Positions 29,678 through 39,271 of a DNA stretch of 64,000 nucleotides are shown piece after piece. This stretch comes from a virus. The notes below the pieces were generated by a model. The model did not search any database and was not told the DNA's origin. It saw only the letters and a list, made by a program, of their open reading frames with translations. Numbering within the stretch: position 1 is the first letter of the stretch; each line of letters starts with the position of its first letter. Both the position numbers and the translations under genes were made by a program. The DNA is taken from positions 1 through 64,000 of the IMG/VR virus record IMGVR_UViG_3300037067_020797. One strand, written 5' to 3'.

Positions 29678-30074
29678 AATAATCATCAGTTGGGGATCCC
29701 AATCTGAATGTTTTAGTTAAAATAGATTCAACTCCCATAATATTAGCTATCTTAAAATATTTATCTGCTTTTACTAACTTTCCAACTATTTCATATTTTT
29801 CAGCCAGTAAGAAAAAATGTCTTATATTCTTTATAGAATCTATAGATATCTTTCCAGCATTTACATCTTCTATGTTAAATTCGGTTGGAAATAAACTTAG
29901 CTCATCATCTTCATAAACCGTCCTTGCAAGATAACCAAGATCTGGCTCGGTAGTTAATATTTGTGCCCTTGTTAATTCGGTTGCAAAGGATTCTGGCATG
30001 TCTGCTTTCACTATATCAAACATGCCAGGGCTTCCCCATGGTAAATTTAAGAGGTAATACATGTGTGCTTCCAC
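29676..30074 (-). CDS. hypothetical protein
   Basis: 132 aa ORF. Confidence 0.35.
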   Translation of the reverse strand: MEAHMYYLLNLPWGSPGMFDIVKADMPESFATELTRAQILTTEPDLGYLARTVYEDDELSLFPTEFNIEDVNAGKISIDSIKNIRHFFLLAEKYEIVGKLVKADKYFKIANIMGVESILTKTFRLGSPTDDY

Positions 30075-31021
30075 ACAATTTCAAGTGCTAAGGAGGTTCC
30101 TTTTCGAGGGCCTAATGCAGTGACTTTAAGATTTTTCCATTCAGGATCACCGCCAGCTTTTTTCTCTTCTATATTAAGCTCTTTGGTATTTGCGTAATTA
30201 AATACAGATAAGTCCGGAGTGTATATTCTCGAATTGTAAATTGTAATGTGATGCTTCGTAGTGCCTTTAACTTTGCGCGCCGCGATAACTCGTACGACCC
30301 CAGGGCGGTATTCGAATAAGTTTTGAGCAATGAGCTCGTCCGCCCCGTAACGCTCCGACTTAATTTTGACGAGTAGAGATTTTTCATTTTCATGCAGTAT
30401 ATCAAATTTAAGATCTTCTGGATATTCACGAATTACTGGTTCTATATTATCAAAATCTTTCATAATAGCTTCTGTAAGATCCAATAACGACATCTCACAT
30501 AATTCTATACGAGATTTTCCCGGATAATCATAAAAAGGATATTGTTGAATTTTTAGTAAATAATTAAGTAATCGAGGAATAGGTATTTTTACAAAATTAT
30601 ATTTATTTGCAACCCATTCATTTAATTCAGACAGTAGCGCCATTAACTTGGTGCCGGATAATAATAACTTTTGTCGATGTTGTTTGTTCATCAGTGCAAG
30701 TGCTATAGCATCATCTATACTAACATCAAATACAGGACGATACACATAATTTGGATACCAATCTGGATTTTGTACGATAAAATTATATACTTGAGATGCA
30801 ACAGACATCATTGAATTTCGTTGGTCTTGCTTCAAAAGTCTTGGAATACCAAAGGTCACTATATTTTTAGAAGAAATAATATGGTGTTCTGGAATTCCTG
30901 GTTCTGTGGATATGGTCTGATTGTCTTCTTTTAGATGAATACCAATTCCGGCATCACCTGGTTGTAATATATATTGCGAACCAGACATAAGTTCGCGTAC
31001 ATCGAATAAAAACAGTTTCAT
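30047..31021 (-). CDS. hypothetical protein (operonic with the ClpA/C-like gene)
   Basis: 324 aa. Its start overlaps the stop of the unfoldase gene. Confidence 0.35.
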   Translation of the reverse strand: MKLFLFDVRELMSGSQYILQPGDAGIGIHLKEDNQTISTEPGIPEHHIISSKNIVTFGIPRLLKQDQRNSMMSVASQVYNFIVQNPDWYPNYVYRPVFDVSIDDAIALALMNKQHRQKLLLSGTKLMALLSELNEWVANKYNFVKIPIPRLLNYLLKIQQYPFYDYPGKSRIELCEMSLLDLTEAIMKDFDNIEPVIREYPEDLKFDILHENEKSLLVKIKSERYGADELIAQNLFEYRPGVVRVIAARKVKGTTKHHITIYNSRIYTPDLSVFNYANTKELNIEEKKAGGDPEWKNLKVTALGPRKGTSLALEIVWKHTCITS

Positions 31022-33204
31022 TTATTCTCCTGCTCTTTTACTACCACTTGTGGCGCTACTATAATTTTGTCCTCTGCCGTTATTACATCAAACGCTTCTA
31101 TAGCGGGATCTTCTATCAAGAAGTCAGCTATGGCAGATTCAATCTTATCTTGCACGAGACGTCTTAAAGGACGTGCACCAAATTCCTTTGAATATCCGTT
31201 CTTTATAAAATATTCTTCAGCTTCTGGGCTTAGTATTACTCGTACGCTCATTTGTTTTAAATATATCTTTAAAATACCTCGAACAGCTTCTGTTGTTAAA
31301 TCATTATAATGAACAGTTTCATCTATTCGATTTAGAAATTCAGGACGAAACTGTGCTTTTAATGCAGCACTTCGTTTTAGATCTTTCGTTGCTTTCTCAT
31401 TTATATCGGAAAACCCTAATGTGCCTTTGGAAGCTTCTATCGTTCCAATATTAGAAGTCATTAATATAATAGTATTTTTAAAATCAACTGTTTTTCCTCG
31501 CCCATCAGTTAAAACACCATCATCAAATACTTGAAGAAATACATTAAATATAGCTGGATGTGCTTTTTCAATCTCGTCAAGTAATATAATTGAATATGGT
31601 TTCTGACGTACTCGTTCTGTTAATTGACCACCTTCGTCATAACCAATGTAACCAGGAGGAGCTCCAATAATCTTTGCAATAGAGTGTTGCTCAGAAAGCT
31701 CACTCATATCCACTCGTATTAAAGCATCCTCTGTATCAAATAAACATTTAGCCAGCTGTTTTGCAGTTTCTGTTTTACCGACGCCTGTGGGCCCAAGCAA
31801 TAGAGCTGTAAATGGTTTTCTAATATTTTTCACACCTGTACGTGCTCTCTTGACAGCTTTTACCAATGTAGTTAATGCTTCTTCCTGCCCAATAACAACT
31901 TTATTAAGATCGGCTTCTAATAATTTTAAACGATCACGTTCAGACTGACCAATAGACGTCATCGGTATACCAGTCATAGTAGATACAACTTTACGTACGG
32001 TTTCTTCAGTAACTTTATCAGAAGATGCTAAATGTGCAACACTTCCGGCCTCATCAAAAATATCAATTGCTTTATCCGGCAAATATCTATCAGTTATGAA
32101 GCGATCACTTAAATCCGCAATCATTTTAGTTAGACCTGTATCATACTTAACTTTATGATAATCTTCATATAAACCTGAAATTTTATCCAGGATATCAATC
32201 GTCTCTTTTATTGTTGGAGGTTCTACATGTATACGCTGAAAACGTCTTTCCAGTGCAGGATCCCTTTCAATGTGTTTACGATAGTCATCAAATGTTGTTG
32301 CACCAATGCATTGAATATCACCGCGAGCTAATGCTGGTTTTAAAATATTAGCGGCATCTCCTGTACCCTCAGGACCACCAGATCCAACTAATGTATGAAC
32401 TTCATCAATAAATACGATTACGTCATGATTTTTTACAAGTTCATCGATAATAGCCTTTAAACGTTCTTCGAACTGGCCTCGCAATTTTGTACCTGCTACA
32501 ACCGAAGCCATGTTCAAGGATACTATTCTTTTGCCCATTAATGACTCTACAACCTCGCCCTTAGCGATTTTAATCGCTAACCCCTCTACTATAGCGCTTT
32601 TACCAACTCCAGGCTCTCCGACGAGTATAGGGTTGTTTTTCTTACGTCGACCTAAAATCTCGGTTATACGATTAATTTCTTTTAACCTGTTAACTACAGG
32701 ATCAAGTTTTCCTTCTGACGCTAGTTTTGTTAAATCTATGGAAAACGCATCCAATGCCGGTGTTCCACCTTCTGTTTCAGCGTGTTTTGGGGTTTGTACT
32801 TCTGGTGCTGTTGCAGTACCAAGAGGATTAAATCCAAATCGTTCTAATAAAATACTTGCAGTACTTTCACGTTGGGCTGCTAATGCCAGTAATAAATCCT
32901 TACTATCTGCCTGATCTATTTGCCGTATTTGTAAAAGAGCTTGAGCCACCGGTTTTGATAACGGTATACTTCCTTCTACAGCTACTGATGCGGAATTATG
33001 TGTAATTACTTTTCTTAAAGCTATTGATAATGAAGCTATAGACAAATGCTTTGTTAATAAATTATAGCCAGCTGTCTTTAACTGAATAATTGCAATCAGT
33101 ATATGCTCACTTTCAATAGAAGGATTTCCGGCATCTATGGCAACCCGACGTGCAAGATGTAAAACATTGGTTATATCTTCTGAATATGGATTCGATTGAT
33201 CCAT
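31018..33204 (-). CDS. ClpA/ClpC-type AAA+ unfoldase (two nucleotide-binding domains, Clp_N repeats, ClpP-docking loop)
   Basis: Clp N-domain-like repeats at the N-terminus. D1 Walker A GEPGVGKSAIVEGLA. D2 Walker A LLLGPTGVGKTETAKQLA. D2 segment SKGTLGFSD...FRPEFLNRIDE aligns with the ClpA IGL-loop region RKSIGLIHQD...FTPEFRNRLD. Confidence 0.75.
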   Translation of the reverse strand: MDQSNPYSEDITNVLHLARRVAIDAGNPSIESEHILIAIIQLKTAGYNLLTKHLSIASLSIALRKVITHNSASVAVEGSIPLSKPVAQALLQIRQIDQADSKDLLLALAAQRESTASILLERFGFNPLGTATAPEVQTPKHAETEGGTPALDAFSIDLTKLASEGKLDPVVNRLKEINRITEILGRRKKNNPILVGEPGVGKSAIVEGLAIKIAKGEVVESLMGKRIVSLNMASVVAGTKLRGQFEERLKAIIDELVKNHDVIVFIDEVHTLVGSGGPEGTGDAANILKPALARGDIQCIGATTFDDYRKHIERDPALERRFQRIHVEPPTIKETIDILDKISGLYEDYHKVKYDTGLTKMIADLSDRFITDRYLPDKAIDIFDEAGSVAHLASSDKVTEETVRKVVSTMTGIPMTSIGQSERDRLKLLEADLNKVVIGQEEALTTLVKAVKRARTGVKNIRKPFTALLLGPTGVGKTETAKQLAKCLFDTEDALIRVDMSELSEQHSIAKIIGAPPGYIGYDEGGQLTERVRQKPYSIILLDEIEKAHPAIFNVFLQVFDDGVLTDGRGKTVDFKNTIILMTSNIGTIEASKGTLGFSDINEKATKDLKRSAALKAQFRPEFLNRIDETVHYNDLTTEAVRGILKIYLKQMSVRVILSPEAEEYFIKNGYSKEFGARPLRRLVQDKIESAIADFLIEDPAIEAFDVITAEDKIIVAPQVVVKEQENK

Positions 33205-33207
33205 CTT

Positions 33208-35328
33208 TTATTTGGTTCCTTTTATAGTTCTTAGTCTACTCATGCCTAAAGGATCTACTTCCCATGCGTCTAAACCATTCTTATTTAATAATGCTGTTTT
33301 TAGAAAACCATGGGTTTGCATTTTTTCTTTAAAACTTTTTACATTTGAATTTCTTACTTTACAAGCATCTATCAATTCTTGTAGATCTCTAGTATTAACT
33401 ATATCGAATGGTCCTATTGTTTCCATAAGCATACCATTTCGATCTTTCTTCTGAACTCCATTTATACAAGCTAAAAATACTTGATCACATTCGTAATCTA
33501 AGGATGTTTTAGCGTTTTCAAATTGTTCTTTTAATAATGAAGTTATAGGAACTGGTATTCCATAACGACAATCTTTGCTAATATCGGTAGCAACTAAATT
33601 TTCAAATCTTGTTCGTAACTCTGTTCGTATATAATGACCTGCTCGAGCACTTAACTCTTGTCCGATTCGTGAATTCAAAGGCTTACCATTACGATCTAAG
33701 TGATACATAAACCATTGGTTATCTTTTGGATCAGTTGGACATTCTGTATTTACTAAATACATAGGAGTAAGTTCGTTGGTAAGTAATATAACACAAACAT
33801 TATTTGCTACTTGATATTCAGCTTTATGTTTCTTATTAACTTTTAAATCTTTCCTACCTGTTATTGCCTTGAATCTGGTATATTGTTCCTTTTTATTAAT
33901 AATAGCTTCATCTACGATTAATAATCGTTTTTCAAAATAACTGTTAAATTGATCATCTGCTCCGTCCCAATCTGAGTGACAGTCATAAAAGAAAGAAGAC
34001 ATAAATTCTGCTATTGTTGTTTTTCCAGACTTTCGAGGCCCAGTAAAAATTAAAATTGGCATTTTTTCATGGTTATAATAACAAAATAATGCTAAATAAT
34101 TTTTAAAAAATTCAGCATGATCAGGAAGCATTTCCTCGATCCATCGATTTATGTAATCATTGTCTTTTATATCAACCGGTATTGGGGGTATTCGAATTTC
34201 TAATGTAGTTTTGTCGTCTAAAAATTTCCAAGACAACTCTTCTGCATAGCCATCTACAATTTTCTGTAATTTAAAATCTTCTGACGTAAGCCATCTATGT
34301 CTTGCTACCCAATTTAATAATCGTTTTTGTTCATCTTGCGGCAATGTGTTTAAATAAGCCATTGGAACTTTTCCAATACTTATAGTTTTAGGGTTTACCC
34401 TAACACAATAGAGTTTATCATCTATATAAAAAAGATTATTATGTTTTTCATTTAATGGTAGGTAATATTTACCTTCATTACCTTCACCAACACTTTTACA
34501 ATGATCGCATACTAATATTGGGTAACCATCGCTGTTAAAAGTTATCCAAGCAGATGTACCATCAGAATTTATATCATCACAAAATGGACAAAATACACTT
34601 TGAGTTACTTCTTTAAAATCTTTAATTTTAACTTTAGTCACTTTATCTTTTAACACAACTTCCGTATCCCAATAGATATGTTTTTTATTGCCATCAGCAA
34701 TATCATCGGGAGAACCTACAAATTTTCTTGTTTTCTTAGCAGACGTTAATGCTAATACCATATCTGCAAATTCACCGCTATCTACTTTATAATAAACTCC
34801 TGTATCGTTAATATATAGTTCAAATAATTGTGGATAGGATGAATTTAAAAAAGGAAAGTACTTTCTTGCTGGTTCTGCACAAGATGGATCTACAAATGGG
34901 AACTTCTTGATAATAATTGCATATATCGCTTGTGCCGCTTCAGTAGTAGGGTATTTGTTATATAAAGAGGGGTCAAAAGGTAGTATAATTCGAAATCTAT
35001 CTTTAATCCCGCCTTTAGTAGGTAAGTCAGCTTTATGGCTGGTACTGGTATGAATTATATAGTTATACTCTTTAAAAAGTTCTTTTGCTTCATCAACGGT
35101 AATTCCATTATCTACATCAACGGTCATTCCGTACATGCCTATATAATTCTTCTTACTACATTTGCCTTTATTCCAATAATTGGTGCTGTATAAAAATGAA
35201 GTGAATAAATCTTTTAAATCAAAACTGGGGGTAACATCGAATTCTTTAGTAACAAAATCAGTAATTAATTTGCCTTCAGATTTTGTTTTAATTTGGATCC
35301 GTGAAACTGATAAGGTAAGTTTAAACAT
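33208..35328 (-). CDS. primase-helicase-like protein (D5/SF3-type NTPase with zinc ribbon)
   Basis: Walker A IFTGPRKSGKTT and Walker B LLIVDEA in the C-terminal half. CPFCDD...CDHC zinc ribbon. Size typical of phage primase-helicases. Confidence 0.5.
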   Translation of the reverse strand: MFKLTLSVSRIQIKTKSEGKLITDFVTKEFDVTPSFDLKDLFTSFLYSTNYWNKGKCSKKNYIGMYGMTVDVDNGITVDEAKELFKEYNYIIHTSTSHKADLPTKGGIKDRFRIILPFDPSLYNKYPTTEAAQAIYAIIIKKFPFVDPSCAEPARKYFPFLNSSYPQLFELYINDTGVYYKVDSGEFADMVLALTSAKKTRKFVGSPDDIADGNKKHIYWDTEVVLKDKVTKVKIKDFKEVTQSVFCPFCDDINSDGTSAWITFNSDGYPILVCDHCKSVGEGNEGKYYLPLNEKHNNLFYIDDKLYCVRVNPKTISIGKVPMAYLNTLPQDEQKRLLNWVARHRWLTSEDFKLQKIVDGYAEELSWKFLDDKTTLEIRIPPIPVDIKDNDYINRWIEEMLPDHAEFFKNYLALFCYYNHEKMPILIFTGPRKSGKTTIAEFMSSFFYDCHSDWDGADDQFNSYFEKRLLIVDEAIINKKEQYTRFKAITGRKDLKVNKKHKAEYQVANNVCVILLTNELTPMYLVNTECPTDPKDNQWFMYHLDRNGKPLNSRIGQELSARAGHYIRTELRTRFENLVATDISKDCRYGIPVPITSLLKEQFENAKTSLDYECDQVFLACINGVQKKDRNGMLMETIGPFDIVNTRDLQELIDACKVRNSNVKSFKEKMQTHGFLKTALLNKNGLDAWEVDPLGMSRLRTIKGTK

Positions 35329-35388
35329 TTTTTCGTGTCCTTTAAAATTAGGTTTGAGGACATAATATACAAAATTTTAAAGTTAGAG

Positions 35389-35850
35389 TCAACAAGTTTT
35401 TAATTGTACAGTTTGATATGTACTTGAACTTGAGTTATAATCTTCAATATATTGAGTAAAAATAGTGTTTTCGAGTAAATTAATAATTTCATTTTCTGGT
35501 AAAGATTTTATTAAAAAACACTCATGTGTGTCCCATTCGCTATTAGGGTCCAATAAATTTATTACTTCTGAATAATCTTTCCATACTTGTTTAACTGTAA
35601 ATTCAAATGATTTCGACGGTATCGGCTTAATGATTTTAATCTCTCTAATAATATCATCATCATTACGAAATGCATTGTCATCTGAAATACACTTAACTAT
35701 AAACCGATCACTTCGGGTTTTAATTCTTTTGTATGTTAATTGAGGCCCACTAAAAATTGACCAATAATCGCTGTTTAATATTATATTTTTGTGGCCTGTC
35801 ATCTTTAAACTTTGTTGTTTAAAGCTTTGTTGAGCTTCTTCTATTGTCAT
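35389..35850 (-). CDS. hypothetical protein
   Basis: 153 aa ORF. Confidence 0.35.
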   Translation of the reverse strand: MTIEEAQQSFKQQSLKMTGHKNIILNSDYWSIFSGPQLTYKRIKTRSDRFIVKCISDDNAFRNDDDIIREIKIIKPIPSKSFEFTVKQVWKDYSEVINLLDPNSEWDTHECFLIKSLPENEIINLLENTIFTQYIEDYNSSSSTYQTVQLKTC

Positions 35851-35878
35851 AAAGTATCTGTGTGTTCTTATACCAAAT

Positions 35879-35907
35879 TTGATTTTGGCTGAAATTTTTC
35901 GTATATT
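35879..35907 (+). promoter_or_regulatory. candidate sigma70-like promoter (TTGATT - 17 nt - TATATT) giving a near-leaderless mRNA for the ORF at 35913
   Basis: The -10 element ends 6 nt before the ATG. Confidence 0.3.
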
Positions 35908-35912
35908 ATACC

Positions 35913-36536
35913 ATGGACGTAAATATAATCATAACATGTTATAATACAGAAGAACATTTGTCTTATTTAATGAAAATAATAAGCGAATTTAAATCAATTA
36001 AACCTACAGTCTGTATTGTATATTCTGGAGAGCATAAAGGTGAAGTGCCTTGTAATGTTTATATAGAAAAAACTGAAAATACCTCGAGAGAGTTAGCAAT
36101 GATTTTGCAGGGCATAGAATGGTTTAGGAAAAAACAAACGGGTTGTACTCGATATTTAAAATTAACAGCAAATGTATGGCCTGCAGATGAAAATAAAATT
36201 ATAAAAATATTTGAGGAAATGGATAAAATCCGAAGACCTTATGCCGGCAATATTTGGCATCACAACCTTGAAGGAAGTTTATCAGCTGATTTCTTTTTGC
36301 TTAATACAGAATATGGAGAAATATTCAAAAATATTAATAGAATGATAAACGATACCGAAGTAACAATTTATCATTTATTAAAAGAAAAACGTAAAAATCC
36401 TTATATTATACCAGAAAGGGAACCTGTATTTTGGAATAATTTTTTTGAATGTAAAAAATTAGGGCTGGCAATGCAGAAAAAAGTTGTTGACAATATACCG
36501 CTATTTGAGGAGCTAAAAAAAGCGGTCATGAATTAA
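35913..36536 (+). CDS. GT2-like glycosyltransferase fragment or small nucleotide-sugar transferase (putative)
   Basis: N-terminal NIIITCYNTEEHL resembles the GT-A family start motif. Only 207 aa. Confidence 0.3.
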   Translation: MDVNIIITCYNTEEHLSYLMKIISEFKSIKPTVCIVYSGEHKGEVPCNVYIEKTENTSRELAMILQGIEWFRKKQTGCTRYLKLTANVWPADENKIIKIFEEMDKIRRPYAGNIWHHNLEGSLSADFFLLNTEYGEIFKNINRMINDTEVTIYHLLKEKRKNPYIIPEREPVFWNNFFECKKLGLAMQKKVVDNIPLFEELKKAVMN

Positions 36537-36724
36537 TGGCCGCTTTCTACTACTGCAATAATCTTAAAAGATAAAATAGCAGCCGTCGCTCCTAAAGAAT
36601 TTACTAACACTACTTCATCTTTAGAATGTATTTCCTTCAAAATTTCGTCTGCTTTTATATTATCATCATTATGCTGCATTGGGATAATATGACCACCTTC
36701 TAAATATACATCAAAATACTTCAT
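36533..36724 (-). CDS. small hypothetical protein
   Basis: 63 aa. Its ATG overlaps the stop of an upstream 57-aa ORF in an ATGA arrangement. Confidence 0.3.
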   Translation of the reverse strand: MKYFDVYLEGGHIIPMQHNDDNIKADEILKEIHSKDEVVLVNSLGATAAILSFKIIAVVESGH

Positions 36725-36894
36725 ATCAATTCTTCTATTTCTTTATTTGAAAACCAAATAATTCCTGTTCCTGCTTTAGGAGATTTAACACCCCACATTT
36801 GCTTATCCCCTATGTACTTAACTTTACTGACGAAAACAATATCGCCTTTTATAAAACCGTTTTTTATATCATTTATTAGTATTTTTATCTTCAT
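36721..36894 (-). CDS. small ORF (57 aa) not in the supplied track
   Basis: ATG at 36894. Reads MKIKILINDIKNGFIKGDIVFVSKVKYIGDKQMWGVKSPKAGTGIIWFSNKEIEELI. Stop overlaps the start of the next gene. Confidence 0.25.
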   Translation of the reverse strand: MKIKILINDIKNGFIKGDIVFVSKVKYIGDKQMWGVKSPKAGTGIIWFSNKEIEELI

Positions 36895-36904
36895 AGATTA
36901 AAAA

Positions 36905-36935
36905 ATAAAAAGGCGGTTTTTAAGCCGCCTTAAAA
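36905..36935 (-). terminator. intrinsic terminator after the Ro60 gene (AGGCGG-loop-CCGCCT, T-run on the minus strand)
   Basis: 6-bp GC stem. On the minus strand it is followed by TTTTTATTTTTT. Confidence 0.55.
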
Positions 36936-36936
36936 A

Positions 36937-38595
36937 TTAACCTCTTATGAAATCACTTATAATCTTTGGTGCAGAGGCATCAAAACCTGCAACATTCATC
37001 GTATATGGACTTTCTCCGGCAATAGATCCTTCAGTAGCAGATGTAGCTATGCTAATAAGTTTTGCTGGTATACCCATGCTACGCTGATAAGATTGTAATG
37101 CCTGTATAGGATGTGTTCTACCGGCCCATGTTTCATTATCAGTATAAACAAGAAATGCATCAACTGGTAATCTGTGCTGTTCTGCATAGATCATTGGAAG
37201 AGAACAATCGGTGCCACCATAATTCTGATTAGCAACACGTCGCATAACCTCACTAAGGCTTTGCTTTGCCGAGATTCCAAGGTCGATGAAATTAGTTGAG
37301 AACCCTTTTATAACCCAATCTTGTTCAGTACGCATAACTAACATTGACATGGCTGCAGTAACCTCACATGCTCTTAATTGTTCAGATCCAATAACACTAC
37401 ATGAACTCATGGATCCAGATATATCCAATCCAATTAAGATTCTTTTACCAGTGGGTTGTACAGTTCCAAATGATAAGTAAAATGCATCATCCAAAGCATC
37501 GACCAATTTTTGTATTGGTTGCCATGTAGAACTACCACGAAAACTATGACCTGATTTGTAGGTAGCATAGGCCAATAAAACTTGTATCGGATGTACTCGG
37601 CCTTTTTTAAGCAAATCCATATCATGTAACTTTTCAGCCACAAGTTTGGTATTTTCACTTCCGAGTTCGCCTAATACTCCAGCATTTGTTAATGTTGGTA
37701 ATTGACGAATAAGTGCAGTAATACCTAAATTCGGTATAATCGCGTCATAAAGATCTTTTGTTCGCTTTTCAGTCGGAACAAGTTCCATTGGTAAATTGTA
37801 TTTCTCTACCAAGCGAATAACTTCTTTTTGGTTATCCGTTGCCTTGATTTCCTCGTAGGCCCAGATTATGGGTAATTGTGCCTTGTAGGATTCGAGATCC
37901 TTTTGATATTGTTCAAGATTATAATTCTTGGAACCCTTATCTTTCTGTTGATGGAATTTTTCAACAGCCCATTTAAACGCTAATAACTGCGTATCGGTAT
38001 TTGGTGTTGGATGTGCCAATCGTAATATATCACGATGACTCCAACCATCACGAGATTGATACTTGGTTAATTGCAATGCTAACTGTTCGTCATTACGATC
38101 GATATACCATGCAGATATCGCATTACGTAACGATCTTGACCAACCACGCATCTTGTCAACATAATCAACAAAATGAAATAAATGAGTTCCGATTCGTGCA
38201 ACCTTTGCTAAGTTTTGTAGCGCGTATTTGCGTGTTTCAGCATTTTCAGCCGATGCGCACATAGCAAGTACAAATAAAGCTGGATCGTTCTTTGCAGCGC
38301 GACCAGCATCAGAAATTTCTATAACGATATCTACAACTCGTTTACCATCCGATTGTATGCACTTAGCAACATTCTTTGCATTATCGGCAGTCATTTGTTG
38401 TTTGCCAACATAATAGTTACCAGATTCTGATCCTAAGATCAAGAATCTTTCTAATCTTGCCCACTCATCAATCTCAAAAACATAACCACCTGCGGCATTC
38501 TTAATCATCTTTTTGCCGGGAATTGGTTGTGATTGTGGGGTAGGACCTTTTGGATTCATAGCTTGTGCAGCTTGAGATAATACTGTTTTCTTCAT
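36937..38595 (-). CDS. rsr: Ro60 (TROVE domain + vWA) orthologue, Rsr-like
   Basis: GGYVFEIDEWARLERFLILGSESGNYYVGKQQ aligns with Ro60 [31 protein letters not shown]. C-terminal vWA MIDAS ILIGLDISGSMS. Start placed at the ATG at 38595, preceded by AAGGAG. The track ORF extends to an upstream GTG at 38784 that lacks an RBS. Confidence 0.75.
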   Translation of the reverse strand: MKKTVLSQAAQAMNPKGPTPQSQPIPGKKMIKNAAGGYVFEIDEWARLERFLILGSESGNYYVGKQQMTADNAKNVAKCIQSDGKRVVDIVIEISDAGRAAKNDPALFVLAMCASAENAETRKYALQNLAKVARIGTHLFHFVDYVDKMRGWSRSLRNAISAWYIDRNDEQLALQLTKYQSRDGWSHRDILRLAHPTPNTDTQLLAFKWAVEKFHQQKDKGSKNYNLEQYQKDLESYKAQLPIIWAYEEIKATDNQKEVIRLVEKYNLPMELVPTEKRTKDLYDAIIPNLGITALIRQLPTLTNAGVLGELGSENTKLVAEKLHDMDLLKKGRVHPIQVLLAYATYKSGHSFRGSSTWQPIQKLVDALDDAFYLSFGTVQPTGKRILIGLDISGSMSSCSVIGSEQLRACEVTAAMSMLVMRTEQDWVIKGFSTNFIDLGISAKQSLSEVMRRVANQNYGGTDCSLPMIYAEQHRLPVDAFLVYTDNETWAGRTHPIQALQSYQRSMGIPAKLISIATSATEGSIAGESPYTMNVAGFDASAPKIISDFIRG

Positions 38596-38862
38596 TTCGA
38601 CTCCTTTTAGGATGTAAAAAATAAGATGAGCAATGTTTAAAAGTCGGATGCTTTTGACAAGCAGCGGATCTGGATTATAGCTCCAGCACCTTGGCATATT
38701 CTTTTTATCGCGCAAACAGCGGCATCCTGAACCCAGGTGCAGGTCGTTATTAATATGGGATTCATTCGGTTTCACAGAAACCACTCGACTTTATTAATTG
38801 TAGCCGAGCAGCTTCTCCGCCGAATGGAATATTAATAACTTATTCGATTGTATAATTGGTAA

Positions 38863-39226
38863 CCAACTTTAGTTCGGCTCATCACCATATGTAACAAGTG
38901 CCGTTTTATTTTTGGCGAAACGACTTACGCATACTACTGTAATTATTCCCAGTAGTTAAGAATGGGTGCTTTCGCACCTCCACCATGTGATCATGGATCA
39001 CAGTCTTCCTCGGTAAATGAATCTTCAGTTGTTCATCCGGTTAAGGGCCCCAACATGACGTTCTCATTTCACAACGAGGAATAATGACAATGGCAATCGA
39101 TTTTCGCCGGATGCAAGCATCCCGCTTAGCCATTGCATAAAACAAATTTCGGCAAAATATTGAGCTCGGAGACTGCCTTTTACATTTCCTAGGCTGGTTG
39201 TGGACTTTCACCACGTTTCTTTTTTA
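38863..39226 (+). ncRNA. candidate small RNA divergent from the Ro60 gene (Y-RNA-like partner hypothesis)
   Basis: Extended -10 element TGTATAAT at 38849-38856. No ORF follows. Hairpin-dense (ACTACTG/CAGTAGT, GGTGC-TTTC-GCACC, GTGATC-ATG-GATCAC, GGATGC/GCATCC). Ends with hairpin tgtggactttcaccacg plus TTTCTTTTTT at 39199-39226. Confidence 0.3.
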
Positions 39227-39271
39227 CGATTTATAGAATTGATAACCAAGCTACGTCCGGCCGAAAAACTT

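Noticed and set aside
31067-32914. ORFs 31067..31309 and 32510..32914 on the plus strand inside the ClpA/C-like gene.
   Set aside because: Antisense to a 728-aa ORF with two intact AAA+ modules.
37286-38413. Several 60-87 aa ORFs on both strands inside the Ro60-like gene.
   Set aside because: They overlap a well-supported TROVE+vWA ORF.
38596-38784. N-terminal 63-codon extension of the Ro60-like ORF in the supplied track (GTG start at 38784).
   Set aside because: No ribosome-binding site before the GTG. An ATG at 38595 is preceded by AAGGAG at optimal spacing, and its product begins where Ro60 homology begins (MKKTV...). The extension is more likely untranslated leader or promoter.
38985-39005. 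Overlapping alternative hairpins CCATG-TGAT-CATGG / GTGATC-ATG-GATCAC as a riboswitch-like switch.
   Set aside because: Both are short palindromes of the kind that arise by chance. Without covariation they are mentioned only as part of the hairpin-dense Ro60-flanking region.
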